From contig CAVTNR010000014.1 of the NCBI GenBank assembly GCA_963736115.1, forward strand, positions 1-64,000: 64,000 nt of DNA. The letters run 5' to 3'. The notes under the pieces were generated by a model. The model was not told where the DNA came from. It saw only the letters and a list, made by a program, of their open reading frames with translations, and searched no databases. Each line of letters starts with the position of its first letter. Position 1 is the stretch's first letter. The translations under genes and the position numbers were made by a program. The DNA is from an uncultured bacterium (GTDB lineage Bacteria; Zhuqueibacterota; QNDG01; DTFT01). Below, piece after piece: positions 54,567 to 63,464 of this stretch.

Positions 54567-54785
54567 ATGTGCCTGGCCATACCCATGCGATTGACCGAGA
54601 TCCGGGACGACCGGGGCGTTGCCGAAGCCGGCGGCGTCCGGCGTGAGGTCGGTCTGCAGCTGCTTGACGGACTGCAGGTCGGCGATTATGTTCTCGTGCA
54701 CGCCGGATTCGCCATCCAGAAAGTGGACGAGGAGGAAGCGCGGAAGACCCTGGACCTGTTCCGCGAGCTCGGTCAGGATTTTTGA
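54567..54785 (+). CDS. hypC: Hydrogenase maturation chaperone
   Basis: MCLAIP, GDYVLVHAGFAI. Confidence 0.96.
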   Translation: MCLAIPMRLTEIRDDRGVAEAGGVRREVGLQLLDGLQVGDYVLVHAGFAIQKVDEEEARKTLDLFRELGQDF

Positions 54786-55867
54786 AGTACGTGGACGAAT
54801 TCCGCGACGGCCGCGCCGGCCGGAAGCTCGTTGAGGAAATACGCGAGGCTGCGCCGGACCGGCCCCTGACGCTGATGGAAGTGTGCGGCACCCACACCAT
54901 GGCAATCGCGCGGTTCGGCATACGGCCGCTTCTGCCGCCTTCCATCCGCCTCATTTCAGGGCCCGGGTGCCCGGTCTGCGTCACGCCCCTGGCATACATG
55001 GACCAAGCAATGGCGATCGGCCGGCTGCCCGACGTGACCCTGGCCGTTTTCGGGGACATGATGCGTGTTCCCGGATCCGCATCGAGCCTCGAACGGGAGG
55101 CCGCTTCGGGCGCGGACGTGCGGGTGGTCGCATCCACACTGGAGGCACTGGCTCTCGCGGAGCGGTTGAACCCCCGGACGGTGGTGTTTCTCGGCATCGG
55201 TTTTGAAACGACTGCGCCCACGGTGGCCGTTTCCCTGGTCAATGCACGGCGCAGGGACCTGGCGAATTACACGGTGCTCTGCGGACACAAGACCATGCCG
55301 GGCGCTCTGGCCGTACTGGCGGCAGGGAACCCGAGGCCGGACGGGTACCTGTGTCCCGGACACGTCAGTGTGGTGATCGGATCCGGCGCATATGAAGGGA
55401 TTGTCCGGGATTTCGGCATCGGATGCGTGATCGCGGGTTTCGAGCCCTTGGACATACTCCAGGCGATATGGATGCTCGTGCTTCAATCCGCGTCCGGCGT
55501 TCCGGCTGTTGAAAATCCCTACAGCCGCGCGGTGACCGCGGGCGGGAACGGACGCGCCCGCGAGGCGATGGAAACGGTTTTCGAGCCCTGCGATTCGGAA
55601 TGGCGGGGGCTCGGCCGGATTCCGGGAAGCGGCCTCAGAATCAGGGCGGAATTCGCGGATTTCGACGCGGCTGTGCGTTTTCCGGTTTCGATCGCGCCCG
55701 CGTCCGATCCCCCGGGATGCCGGTGCGGCGAAGTGCTGACCGGAGCCTTACGGCCGGCCCAATGCGGCCTGTTCGGCAAAGCCTGCACGACCGACCATCC
55801 GGTCGGGGCTTGCATGGTCTCCTCTGAAGGAACCTGCGCGGCGGCGTACAGATATGGGACGGAATAA
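54782..55867 (+). CDS. hypD: Hydrogenase maturation protein
   Basis: MEVCGTH, GPGCPVC, GFETT, PGHVS, CMVSSEGTC. Confidence 0.96.
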   Translation: MKYVDEFRDGRAGRKLVEEIREAAPDRPLTLMEVCGTHTMAIARFGIRPLLPPSIRLISGPGCPVCVTPLAYMDQAMAIGRLPDVTLAVFGDMMRVPGSASSLEREAASGADVRVVASTLEALALAERLNPRTVVFLGIGFETTAPTVAVSLVNARRRDLANYTVLCGHKTMPGALAVLAAGNPRPDGYLCPGHVSVVIGSGAYEGIVRDFGIGCVIAGFEPLDILQAIWMLVLQSASGVPAVENPYSRAVTAGGNGRAREAMETVFEPCDSEWRGLGRIPGSGLRIRAEFADFDAAVRFPVSIAPASDPPGCRCGEVLTGALRPAQCGLFGKACTTDHPVGACMVSSEGTCAAAYRYGTE

Positions 55868-55869
55868 CG

Positions 55870-55989
55870 AGTTCATAGTTTATAGTTCATAGTTCATAGA
55901 AAAGAGAGGAAAAAAGTAAAATTCAGGATTTTTTTTAACTATGAACCATGAACTATGAACTATGAACTTTTTCCCATGAACCATGAACT
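55870..55989. repeat. Heptamer element locus 6 (hypD / hypE)
   Basis: AGTTCAT AGTTTAT AGTTCAT AGTTCAT ... 4x ATGAACY, plus two further units at 55976-55989. Confidence 0.93.
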
Positions 55990-55996
55990 AACAGAT

Positions 55997-57022
55997 ATGA
56001 CGCTTTCCGATCAACAAGAAACGATCCGTCTGGCCCACGGCGGCGGGGGAAGCCTGACCCATGCGCTCGTGCGGGACGTCTTTCTCTCCTCGTTCGGGGA
56101 CCGGGAACTGGCCCGTCTGAACGACAGCGCCCTGCTCGACACGACGGCGGGCCGCATCGCCTTCACCACCGATTCTTTCGTGGTCCAGCCGCTCTTCTTT
56201 CCGGGCGGAGACATCGGCCGGCTCGCGGTGTGCGGCACGGTGAACGACCTGGCCGTGACCGGCGCGGTTCCGGTTGCGCTCAGCGCGGGATTCATCCTCG
56301 AGGAAGGGCTGCCCCTCAACGATCTGAAGCGGATCGTCCGTTCCATGGCCGACGCGGCGGCCGAGGCGGACGTACGCATCGTCACCGGCGACACCAAGGT
56401 TGTGCAGAAAGGCAAGGGGGACGGCGTTTTCATCAACACGGCGGGAATCGGGATTTTTCCCGAAGGCCGGACGCCTGTGACGGGATCCGGAGCGCGGCCC
56501 GGGGACGCCGTCATCGTGAGCGGGCCGCTCGGCCGCCACGGCATGGCCGTGGTTCTGGCGCGTGAGGATCTCGGCCTGTCCTCCACTATCCTGTCGGACG
56601 CGGCGCCGCTCAACGGCATGCTTCAGAGGCCGCTGTCGTCCGTTCCGGGTCTTCACGCCATGCGCGACGCCACGCGCGGCGGGCTCGGCGTGGTGCTGAA
56701 CGAGATCGCGGAACAGTCCGGGGTGGGCATTGAACTGGAGGAAGAAAGGATTCCCGTTCCCGAGGATGTGCGGAGCGCGTGCGAGATCCTGGGCTTCGAC
56801 CCGCTGTACGCTGCGAACGAAGGCGTGGTTGCGGCCTGCGTGGCCGAAGAACACGCGGCGGAATGGGTCCGGATGATGGCCGAATCGCCCTACGGAAAAC
56901 AGGCGGCTGTGATCGGTCGGGTGACGGAAAAATCGCGCCACCGGGTGGTGCTCAAAACGCGCATCGGAAGCCGTAGAATCGTAGATGTGATCAGCGGGGA
57001 GCAGCTGCCGAGGATATGCTAG
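55997..57022 (+). CDS. hypE: Carbamoyl dehydratase
   Basis: LAHGGGG, TTDSFVV, GTVNDL, GDTKVV, RDATRGG, C-terminal PRIC. Confidence 0.96.
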   Translation: MTLSDQQETIRLAHGGGGSLTHALVRDVFLSSFGDRELARLNDSALLDTTAGRIAFTTDSFVVQPLFFPGGDIGRLAVCGTVNDLAVTGAVPVALSAGFILEEGLPLNDLKRIVRSMADAAAEADVRIVTGDTKVVQKGKGDGVFINTAGIGIFPEGRTPVTGSGARPGDAVIVSGPLGRHGMAVVLAREDLGLSSTILSDAAPLNGMLQRPLSSVPGLHAMRDATRGGLGVVLNEIAEQSGVGIELEEERIPVPEDVRSACEILGFDPLYAANEGVVAACVAEEHAAEWVRMMAESPYGKQAAVIGRVTEKSRHRVVLKTRIGSRRIVDVISGEQLPRIC

Positions 57023-57317
57023 AGTCGAGCGCGGCGCGGACTTCGGAGTAGAAGACCGCCCAGCGTTCCGGCTTCGAGTCCAGCCGCTTGTAGCGTTTCG
57101 CGAATGCGTCGGGCGTTATCTTCCACCGCAGCAGCAGGGCCCGGGCGGAATCCGAGTAGGCGGGTTCAGACGGTACGCGTTCCCGGAGAAGCGTCAGCTC
57201 GGCCACAACGCGGGCGAATCTGCGGTCGCCGCGGGAAAGCCGTTCCTGACGTCCTCCGCCGCAGGACGGCAGAAGCGCCAGCACAACGAAGAGGATCAGC
57301 AGGTCGCGGTTTTTCAT
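56991..57317 (-). CDS. Small predicted lipoprotein
   Basis: MKNRD + hydrophobic stretch + LPSC lipobox; helical mature part; overlaps the hypE 3' end. Confidence 0.6.
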   Translation of the reverse strand: MKNRDLLILFVVLALLPSCGGGRQERLSRGDRRFARVVAELTLLRERVPSEPAYSDSARALLLRWKITPDAFAKRYKRLDSKPERWAVFYSEVRAALDSSISSAAAPR

Positions 57318-57338
57318 CGCAATCAATAAAAGGAAAAA

Positions 57339-58235
57339 TTGGACGAAAAGCAAGAACATTCCGGGGAAAGCGGGGTCGATCTACACGTCCACACGGTGTA
57401 TTCCGACGGTCTGCTGAGTCCTTCCGAGATGGTCGAACGGGCGCGGGACGGGGGACTGGCCGCCCTCGGCGTGACGGACCACGATACGGTGGACGGAATC
57501 GCCGAAGCCATCCGTTCGGGGGCCGGCGCGGGCGTCGAGGTGGTGCCCGGCGTGGAGCTTTCAAGCCAGTACAACGGCAAGGATGTCCACATCATCGGAT
57601 ATTACATCGATCCGTCCTGCGGGGAGCTCATGGATTACCTGAAGCTTTTCCGGGACGAGCGGTTTAAGCGCGCGGAAAAAATGATCCGGACTCTGAACAG
57701 CCGCGGAGTGGATATCCATATTGACGAGGTCGAGGCGAAATCACGCGGCCGGTGCATCGGCCGGCCGCACATCGCCGAAGTGCTCATGGACCGGGGATAT
57801 GTGGAGACGATTCAATCCGCTTTCAATAAATATATCGGGTACGGGGCTGATGCCTATGAAGAGAAGTACAAGCTGCCTCCGGACGAGGCCATACGCCTCA
57901 TCTCTGAATCGAAAGGACTTTCGTTCCTCGCCCATCCGGGCGCCGCGATCAGCGAGACCGTGATCACGAATTTCGTCAAATCCGGACTGGACGGGGTCGA
58001 GGTCATTCATCCCTTTCTGCCGCCGCATCGGAGAAAGCAGCTGCACGCGCTCGCGGTCAAAATGGGGCTTCTCATGTCCGGCGGATCCGACTGCCACGGC
58101 GGCCGCGACGGCCAGTTTCTGGTGGGCCGGCACCGGGTTCCCTACGCCTATCTGAAACGCATCCGCGAGGGTTACCGGCTCCGCTACGGAACCGAGCCGG
58201 GGGGGGACGGAACCGGATTCCAGGAGCCGGTGTGA
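57339..58235 (+). CDS. PHP-domain phosphoesterase (TrpH/YciV-like)
   Basis: DLHVHT..SDG, TDHD, GVELS, GRPHIA, LAHP, GGSDCHG. Confidence 0.9.
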   Translation: MDEKQEHSGESGVDLHVHTVYSDGLLSPSEMVERARDGGLAALGVTDHDTVDGIAEAIRSGAGAGVEVVPGVELSSQYNGKDVHIIGYYIDPSCGELMDYLKLFRDERFKRAEKMIRTLNSRGVDIHIDEVEAKSRGRCIGRPHIAEVLMDRGYVETIQSAFNKYIGYGADAYEEKYKLPPDEAIRLISESKGLSFLAHPGAAISETVITNFVKSGLDGVEVIHPFLPPHRRKQLHALAVKMGLLMSGGSDCHGGRDGQFLVGRHRVPYAYLKRIREGYRLRYGTEPGGDGTGFQEPV

Positions 58236-58963
58236 AGTCCTCCGCGAAACCGGCCGCGGGCGCCAAAACCGCGCCGCGCCGCCTGAGAATCCCGGACTGG
58301 CCCGAGGCGGAGCGGCCGAGGGAGAAACTGCTCCAGTCGGGCGCCCAGGCCCTTTCAGACGCGGAACTGCTGGCCCTGATGATCGGGTCCGGCTGCAGCG
58401 GCGCAACGGCTGTGGACATGGGAAGGGAAATGGTCAGCGCCGGCGGCGGGCTTGCGTCCCTGGCGACACGGAACGCCCGGGAACTGTCCCGGATGAAGGG
58501 CATCGGGTCCGCGTCGGCGGCGCGCATCCTTGCCGCCTTCGAGATCGGCCGCCGGACCGCGGGCGGAGGCCGCGGGGGCAAAAGGAAGGTGTGTTCCCCG
58601 GAGGATGTCGTCCGGTGGTACGGCCCCCAGCTCCGCGACATGCGCCGCGAGGCATTCCGCGTCCTCCTGCTCGACGGCGCCAACCGCATCCTGGCCGACC
58701 GCACGGTTTCGGAGGGCACCCTGAACGCGAGCCTGGTGCATCCGCGCGAGGTGTTCAAGCCCGCGGTGGACCATACGGCCGCCTCGGTTATCCTTTTGCA
58801 CAACCATCCCTCCGGCGAGGCGGATCCTTCCGCCGAGGACAGGGCCGTCACGGCCCAGCTGGCCGAGGCGGGCCGGATGATGGGGATTCCGGTCATCGAC
58901 CATGTCATCGTCGCCGGGGACCGATATTTCAGTTTTGCGAAGGAAGGACTGATCAAACCGTAA
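58232..58963 (+). CDS. radC: RadC/JAB-domain protein
   Basis: ERPREKL..GA..LSDAELLA, VHPREVF, HNHPSG...PS.ED, DHVI. Confidence 0.94.
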   Translation: MKSSAKPAAGAKTAPRRLRIPDWPEAERPREKLLQSGAQALSDAELLALMIGSGCSGATAVDMGREMVSAGGGLASLATRNARELSRMKGIGSASAARILAAFEIGRRTAGGGRGGKRKVCSPEDVVRWYGPQLRDMRREAFRVLLLDGANRILADRTVSEGTLNASLVHPREVFKPAVDHTAASVILLHNHPSGEADPSAEDRAVTAQLAEAGRMMGIPVIDHVIVAGDRYFSFAKEGLIKP

Positions 58964-58971
58964 GGAGCCGC

Positions 58972-59325
58972 ATGCAGATCGAACGGGAAACCGCCGGGGA
59001 CGTCCTCGTCCTCCGCGTCCTGGAGAAGCAGGTGACCTCACACGAGGCGCCCGAACTGAAGACCGCGCTGCTCGGCGCAATGACGGGGGATGAGGACCGG
59101 ATTCTGCTCGACCTCAAAGCGGTCGAGAACATGGACAGCACGGGCCTCGGCGCCCTCCTGTTCGGATTGCGACAGGCCGATCAGCACGACAAAGACCTCC
59201 GGTTCAGCGGGATGCAGAAGAAGATCCGGTTCCTCGTCCATGTCGCCCAGCTGGATTCCGCGGTGCCCTCCTACGAAAACGTGGAGGAGGGGCTGAAGGC
59301 GTTCAATGAGGATGAGGCTGAATAG
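58972..59325 (+). CDS. STAS-domain anti-anti-sigma factor
   Basis: RBS AAGGAG; LDL..V..MDSTGLG. Confidence 0.85.
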   Translation: MQIERETAGDVLVLRVLEKQVTSHEAPELKTALLGAMTGDEDRILLDLKAVENMDSTGLGALLFGLRQADQHDKDLRFSGMQKKIRFLVHVAQLDSAVPSYENVEEGLKAFNEDEAE

Positions 59326-60127
59326 AGCGCCATTGACCGAGGAATCGGTCGGTTCGGCGCTTCGCACCCGGCGTTTCGGAAGCGTCTTGTACGTCCTGGG
59401 CCGAATCGATTCCACGAACGCGTTCGCCAAGACCTTGGCGGGCCGCGGCGCTCCGGACGGAACGCTGGTCGTGGCCGACCACCAGACCGCAGGCCGGGGC
59501 CGGTGGGGGCGGTCCTGGACCTCGTCGCCCGGACTCGGGCTTCAGTTCTCCGTCCTGCTCCGGCCCGCATCCGGGACGTTCCACATGCACCGCCTCACGC
59601 TTACGGCCGCGACGTCCGTGGCCCAGGCGGTCGGCCGGCTCGGTCTGCACACCCGGCTGAGATGGCCGAATGACGTGACGGTGGACTCGAAGAAAATCGC
59701 GGGTGTGATCGTGGAAACCCAGCGGAACCGGAAAGGCGCCTCTTTCGCCGTCATCGGCGTGGGTCTCAACGTGAACCAGCGGCGGTCCGATTTTCCAGAG
59801 GCCCTGGCTGAGAAGGCCGGTTCCATCCGTCAGGCGCTCGGGCGGAAAATCGACCGGCCGGCCCTGCTGGCCGACCTCGTGCTCCAGCTTGAGCGGGACG
59901 TTCACCGGCTCGAAACCGAGGGTCCGGATTTCGCGCTGGGTCGGTGGATCCGGCGGAATGCGCTGCTGGGAAAGCCCGTGGTTCTCCTCACCGCGGCGGG
60001 CGAGGAGAGAGGCGTCGTGAAGGGATTCCACTCCGACGGCGCGCTGATTCTCGCCGGAGAGGATGGACGGCTGAGGCGCTTTTCGGACGCAGAAGTGACG
60101 GAGGTGTCGTATGCTGCTGGTCATTGA
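59312..60127 (+). CDS. birA: Biotin-protein ligase (no HTH)
   Basis: IDSTN, QTAGRGRWGRSW, WPND, KIAGVI, GVGLNV. Confidence 0.92.
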   Translation: MRLNRAPLTEESVGSALRTRRFGSVLYVLGRIDSTNAFAKTLAGRGAPDGTLVVADHQTAGRGRWGRSWTSSPGLGLQFSVLLRPASGTFHMHRLTLTAATSVAQAVGRLGLHTRLRWPNDVTVDSKKIAGVIVETQRNRKGASFAVIGVGLNVNQRRSDFPEALAEKAGSIRQALGRKIDRPALLADLVLQLERDVHRLETEGPDFALGRWIRRNALLGKPVVLLTAAGEERGVVKGFHSDGALILAGEDGRLRRFSDAEVTEVSYAAGH

Positions 60128-60908
60128 CGCGGGCAACACGGAAACTGTTTTCGGAATATACCGGGGCGAAGCGCTCGTTTCGCGGTGGCGGATGTCGAGT
60201 CATTCCGGCCGCACTGCGGACGAGGCGTGGGTTCTGCTCCGCGGCTGGTGCAATGCCGAGGGGCTGGAGACGCGCGGCATCCAAGACGCGGTGATTTCAT
60301 CCGTGGTTCCGGACCTTACGGCGCTGTTCTCCGACATGGCCGTCCGGCACCTCCGCATCCGGCCTCTGGTCGTGTCGTCCGATACGGACACGGGCGTTCC
60401 GATCCGGACCGACGCGCCCGCGACCGTCGGCGCGGACCGGATCTGCAACGCGGTGGGCGGGCTCGCCAAATACGGCGCTCCGCTGGTGGTCGTGGACTTC
60501 GGCACGGCGATCACGTTCGACGTTATTTCCGGAAAAGGGGAATACCTCGGCGGCTCGATCTGTCTGGGACTGAGGGGCGCCGCGCGGGAACTGCACCGGG
60601 TCGCGGCCAAACTGCCCCGAGTGGATCTCGTTTTTCCCCCCTCCGCCGTCGGCCGCAACACCGAATCCAGCATCCAGGCGGGCCTGCTCTGGGGCACGGC
60701 CGCCATGGTCGACGGTCTGATCGGCCGGATGGCCGGCGAGCTGGAATGCCCGGACGTCGCCGCCGTGGCCACGGGCGGCATGGCCGATCTGATTTCAACC
60801 CAATGCGCCCGGATCCGTCATGTCGATCCGTTTCTCACACTCGAAGGCATGCGGATCATCCATGACCGCGCCGCAAACCGAACCGAACCCAAGTCAGGAG
60901 GCATATGA
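60111..60908 (+). CDS. coaX: Type III pantothenate kinase
   Basis: IDAGNT, SSVVP, GADR, VDFGTA.TFD, ATGG, LTLEG. Confidence 0.94.
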   Translation: MLLVIDAGNTETVFGIYRGEALVSRWRMSSHSGRTADEAWVLLRGWCNAEGLETRGIQDAVISSVVPDLTALFSDMAVRHLRIRPLVVSSDTDTGVPIRTDAPATVGADRICNAVGGLAKYGAPLVVVDFGTAITFDVISGKGEYLGGSICLGLRGAARELHRVAAKLPRVDLVFPPSAVGRNTESSIQAGLLWGTAAMVDGLIGRMAGELECPDVAAVATGGMADLISTQCARIRHVDPFLTLEGMRIIHDRAANRTEPKSGGI

Positions 60909-61411
60909 ATACGCTCATCCCGTCCGCGAAGGATCCCAAGGAAGCCAACGACACCATCTACAAGGTCATCGGCGCCTGCATGGAAGTGCATAAAGCCATC
61001 GGCCCGGGATTCCCCGCCGCTTTCTACCAGAAGGGGATGGAAGTCGAGATGAAGGAGAAGGAGCTTCCCTTCGAGCCCGACAAGGTCCTCCAGGTGAAGT
61101 ACAAGGACGTCGTGGTGGGCGAATACACGATCGATTTCCTGGTGGCCGGGTCGGTGGTGCTCGAGGTGCGGGCGAATCGGGATGAGATGGGGGATCTGGA
61201 CATCCAGAACGTCCTGCGCAGTCTGACCCTGTCCGGCGCGCCCATGGGCCTGCTGGTGAATTTCGGGAACCTGAAGATCCAGTACAAGCGGATTCTGCCG
61301 AGCCGGGCGATGCGCGGCGAGGCCCAGCCCCCGCGGTTGGACCGGCCGCTCCGGCCGATGGGCTATCGAGATATCGGGGGGCGCACGCGCGAAAGCAATC
61401 CCATCCTGTGA
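60905..61411 (+). CDS. Divergent GxxExxY (PD-(D/E)xK-like) protein
   Basis: VIGACMEVH..IGPGF....Y, V.YK...G...DFLV...VVLEV, GLLVNFG. Confidence 0.8.
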   Translation: MNTLIPSAKDPKEANDTIYKVIGACMEVHKAIGPGFPAAFYQKGMEVEMKEKELPFEPDKVLQVKYKDVVVGEYTIDFLVAGSVVLEVRANRDEMGDLDIQNVLRSLTLSGAPMGLLVNFGNLKIQYKRILPSRAMRGEAQPPRLDRPLRPMGYRDIGGRTRESNPIL

Positions 61412-61860
61412 CCGGGCCTTCGCGAACCCGATTTTTTCTCGCGGGCATCATCCAGGGTTCCCTGAGAGGCCTCGGTGTTTTCGATCAGAGCTACCGGCAT
61501 CGGATCAAGGCGGTTCTGCGCGGATTCGACCCGGGCTGCGAGCTGGTCTGCCCCGTCGAGGAACACCCGGAATCGGTCCGCTATACGGACGGCCAGGCCC
61601 GTGAGACGTTTTTCGCCAATGTCGAAAGGGCGAAACAGTGCGACGCGGTCATCGTATACCTTCCAGAAGCGAGCATGGGATCGAGCATCGAGATGTGGGA
61701 GGCGCACCGATGCGGTGTTCCTGTTCTGACCGTGTCCCCGCTTGACAGCAACTGGGTCGTCCGCATACTGTCGGACCATGTATTCCCCGATCTGGACGGA
61801 TTCGAGTCTTTCGTGACGTCCGGCGGATTGAGCCGCCTACTGTCCGGCAAACCGAGGTGA
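61408..61860 (+). CDS. Nucleoside 2-deoxyribosyltransferase-like protein
   Basis: FLAG..QGS, CDAVIVYLPEASMGSSIEMWEA. Confidence 0.65.
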   Translation: MTGPSRTRFFLAGIIQGSLRGLGVFDQSYRHRIKAVLRGFDPGCELVCPVEEHPESVRYTDGQARETFFANVERAKQCDAVIVYLPEASMGSSIEMWEAHRCGVPVLTVSPLDSNWVVRILSDHVFPDLDGFESFVTSGGLSRLLSGKPR

Positions 61861-61867
61861 CTGAAAA

Positions 61868-62623
61868 ATGCATTTCATGAAGCGTCCGGCTTTGATCCTC
61901 TTTCTCTTCCTGTCCGTCCGCCTGGCGGCGGCCGTTCCGGATTTCCCCGAATCCCAGGGCGCCGTGAATGATTTCGCGGGCGTCATCGACGGGGAATCGA
62001 GAGGCCGCATCGAGGCCCTTTCCAGGGAGCTCCAGGAGAAAACCGGCGTCGCGCTCGTTGTCGCGGCCGTGGACAGCATGAGCGGCCTGACCGTCGAGGA
62101 GTACGCGAACCGGCTGTACGCCGCCTGGGGCGTCGGCGGTAAGGAACTGGACGAGGGCGCGCTGGTCCTGCTGGCCGTAAAGGAGCGGAAGGTCCGGATC
62201 GAAACTGGGTACGGGCTGGAAGGACTGTTTCCGGACGGCAAAGTCGGCCGCATACTCGACAATGACCTGCTGCCCGAGTTCCGGGAAGGACGGTATGGGG
62301 AGGGATTCTACGCCGCGGTCCTGACCATGGCGGAAGATGTCGCTGAGGAGAAAGGGGTGACCCTGGACGGATCGACGGGCCGGCGGCGTTCCGGCAAAGA
62401 CGGCGGATCCGAGTGCGGCGGCACGCTCATGTTCCTGCTCTTCATCCTGCTGGTTATTCTAACCCGGGGCCGCATTCTCGGCTGGATCCTGCTTGGCGCC
62501 CTTTCCGGCGGACGGGGCGGCTGGAGCGGGGGCGGCGGTTTCGGGGGCGGTTTCGGAGGAGGCGGATTCGGCGGATTCGGCGGCGGATCGAGCGGAGGCG
62601 GAGGCGCGTCCAGGGGTTTTTAG
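61868..62623 (+). CDS. TPM-domain membrane protein with Gly-rich tail
   Basis: VNDFAG, WGVG...D.G.L.L.A..ERKVRIETGYGLEG..PD, GGGSSGGGGASRGF. Confidence 0.9.
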   Translation: MHFMKRPALILFLFLSVRLAAAVPDFPESQGAVNDFAGVIDGESRGRIEALSRELQEKTGVALVVAAVDSMSGLTVEEYANRLYAAWGVGGKELDEGALVLLAVKERKVRIETGYGLEGLFPDGKVGRILDNDLLPEFREGRYGEGFYAAVLTMAEDVAEEKGVTLDGSTGRRRSGKDGGSECGGTLMFLLFILLVILTRGRILGWILLGALSGGRGGWSGGGGFGGGFGGGGFGGFGGGSSGGGGASRGF

Positions 62624-62713
62624 CGGTACCATCCCCGGAAACGGAACGTTCCGGCCGCCGGGGATAAGGTTGGAGAACGGCGGACGGGCGGGTCATCATA
62701 ACGCGAGGCAGAC

Positions 62714-63442
62714 ATGTCAGAACCGATTATCGAGAAAACGGTCGAGGCATTCTCGAAAGACATCACCGGGGCTTTCGGGGACGATTGCGTTTCCATCATT
62801 CTGTACGGGAGCGCAGCCACGGCTGATTTCAAGCCCGGAAAATCAGACTACAACTTCATGGTCGTGCTCACGCCCGCGGGGCTCGGCCGCCTGCGGTCCG
62901 CGAGAAAACTGGTGCGGGGATGGGAGCGGAAACGCATTCTGTTTCCGCTTTTCATCAGCGAGGAATGGATACGCCTGTCGCTCGACAGCTTTCCGGTCGA
63001 GTTTTTCAACATGAAACAGGCCTACCGCGTCGTACTGGGAAAGGACGTGTTCGACGGCATGGAGATTCCGGTCCGGTATCTCCGCCTGCAATGCGAGCGG
63101 GAGCTGAAGGGCAAACTGCTTCACCTGCGGGCCGACAGCCTGCTCAGCCGGGGCCGGCCGAAGGCGATCCGCGCCGTCATCGCCCGGTCCGTCGTGACCT
63201 TCACCGCCATCCTGCGCGCCCTGCTGTTCGTCAAGGGCCGCGCAACGCCGGACGGCCGGGAGGAGATACTGACCGCCGCCTGCGGGGAATTCCATCTCGA
63301 CCTGGCCCTGTTCCGGAATCTGCTGGCTATACGGGAAAAGGGCATCACCTACACGAAGTTTGAACTGGAGGATTTCATGGACCGGTACATCGCCGAGATC
63401 GACCGGCTGTGCCGGGACGTGGATCAGCTCACGACGGTTTAA
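62714..63442 (+). CDS. Pol-beta-like nucleotidyltransferase-domain protein with helical C-terminus
   Basis: SIILYGSA......SDYN, DSFPVEF, LRLQCERELKGKL. Confidence 0.7.
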   Translation: MSEPIIEKTVEAFSKDITGAFGDDCVSIILYGSAATADFKPGKSDYNFMVVLTPAGLGRLRSARKLVRGWERKRILFPLFISEEWIRLSLDSFPVEFFNMKQAYRVVLGKDVFDGMEIPVRYLRLQCERELKGKLLHLRADSLLSRGRPKAIRAVIARSVVTFTAILRALLFVKGRATPDGREEILTAACGEFHLDLALFRNLLAIREKGITYTKFELEDFMDRYIAEIDRLCRDVDQLTTV

Positions 63443-63464
63443 GTTTATCCAACAGGAGGAACAC

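Noticed and set aside
27382-55989. Heptamer arrays as CRISPR
   Set aside because: The units are 7-bp tandem repeats in inverted arms, without unique equal-length spacers or cas genes.
55955-55996. N-terminal extensions MNYELF.. (hypE) and MNNEL.. (folB, 27510)
   Set aside because: These ATGs belong to the repeat arms; homology begins at downstream starts.
58232-58963. radC as a marker of a mobile element
   Set aside because: Full-length chromosomal type embedded among housekeeping genes.
62631-62665. Hairpin ATCCCCGG..CCGGGGAT after the TPM gene
   Set aside because: Single copy, no U tract, and plausible by chance given CCGG abundance.
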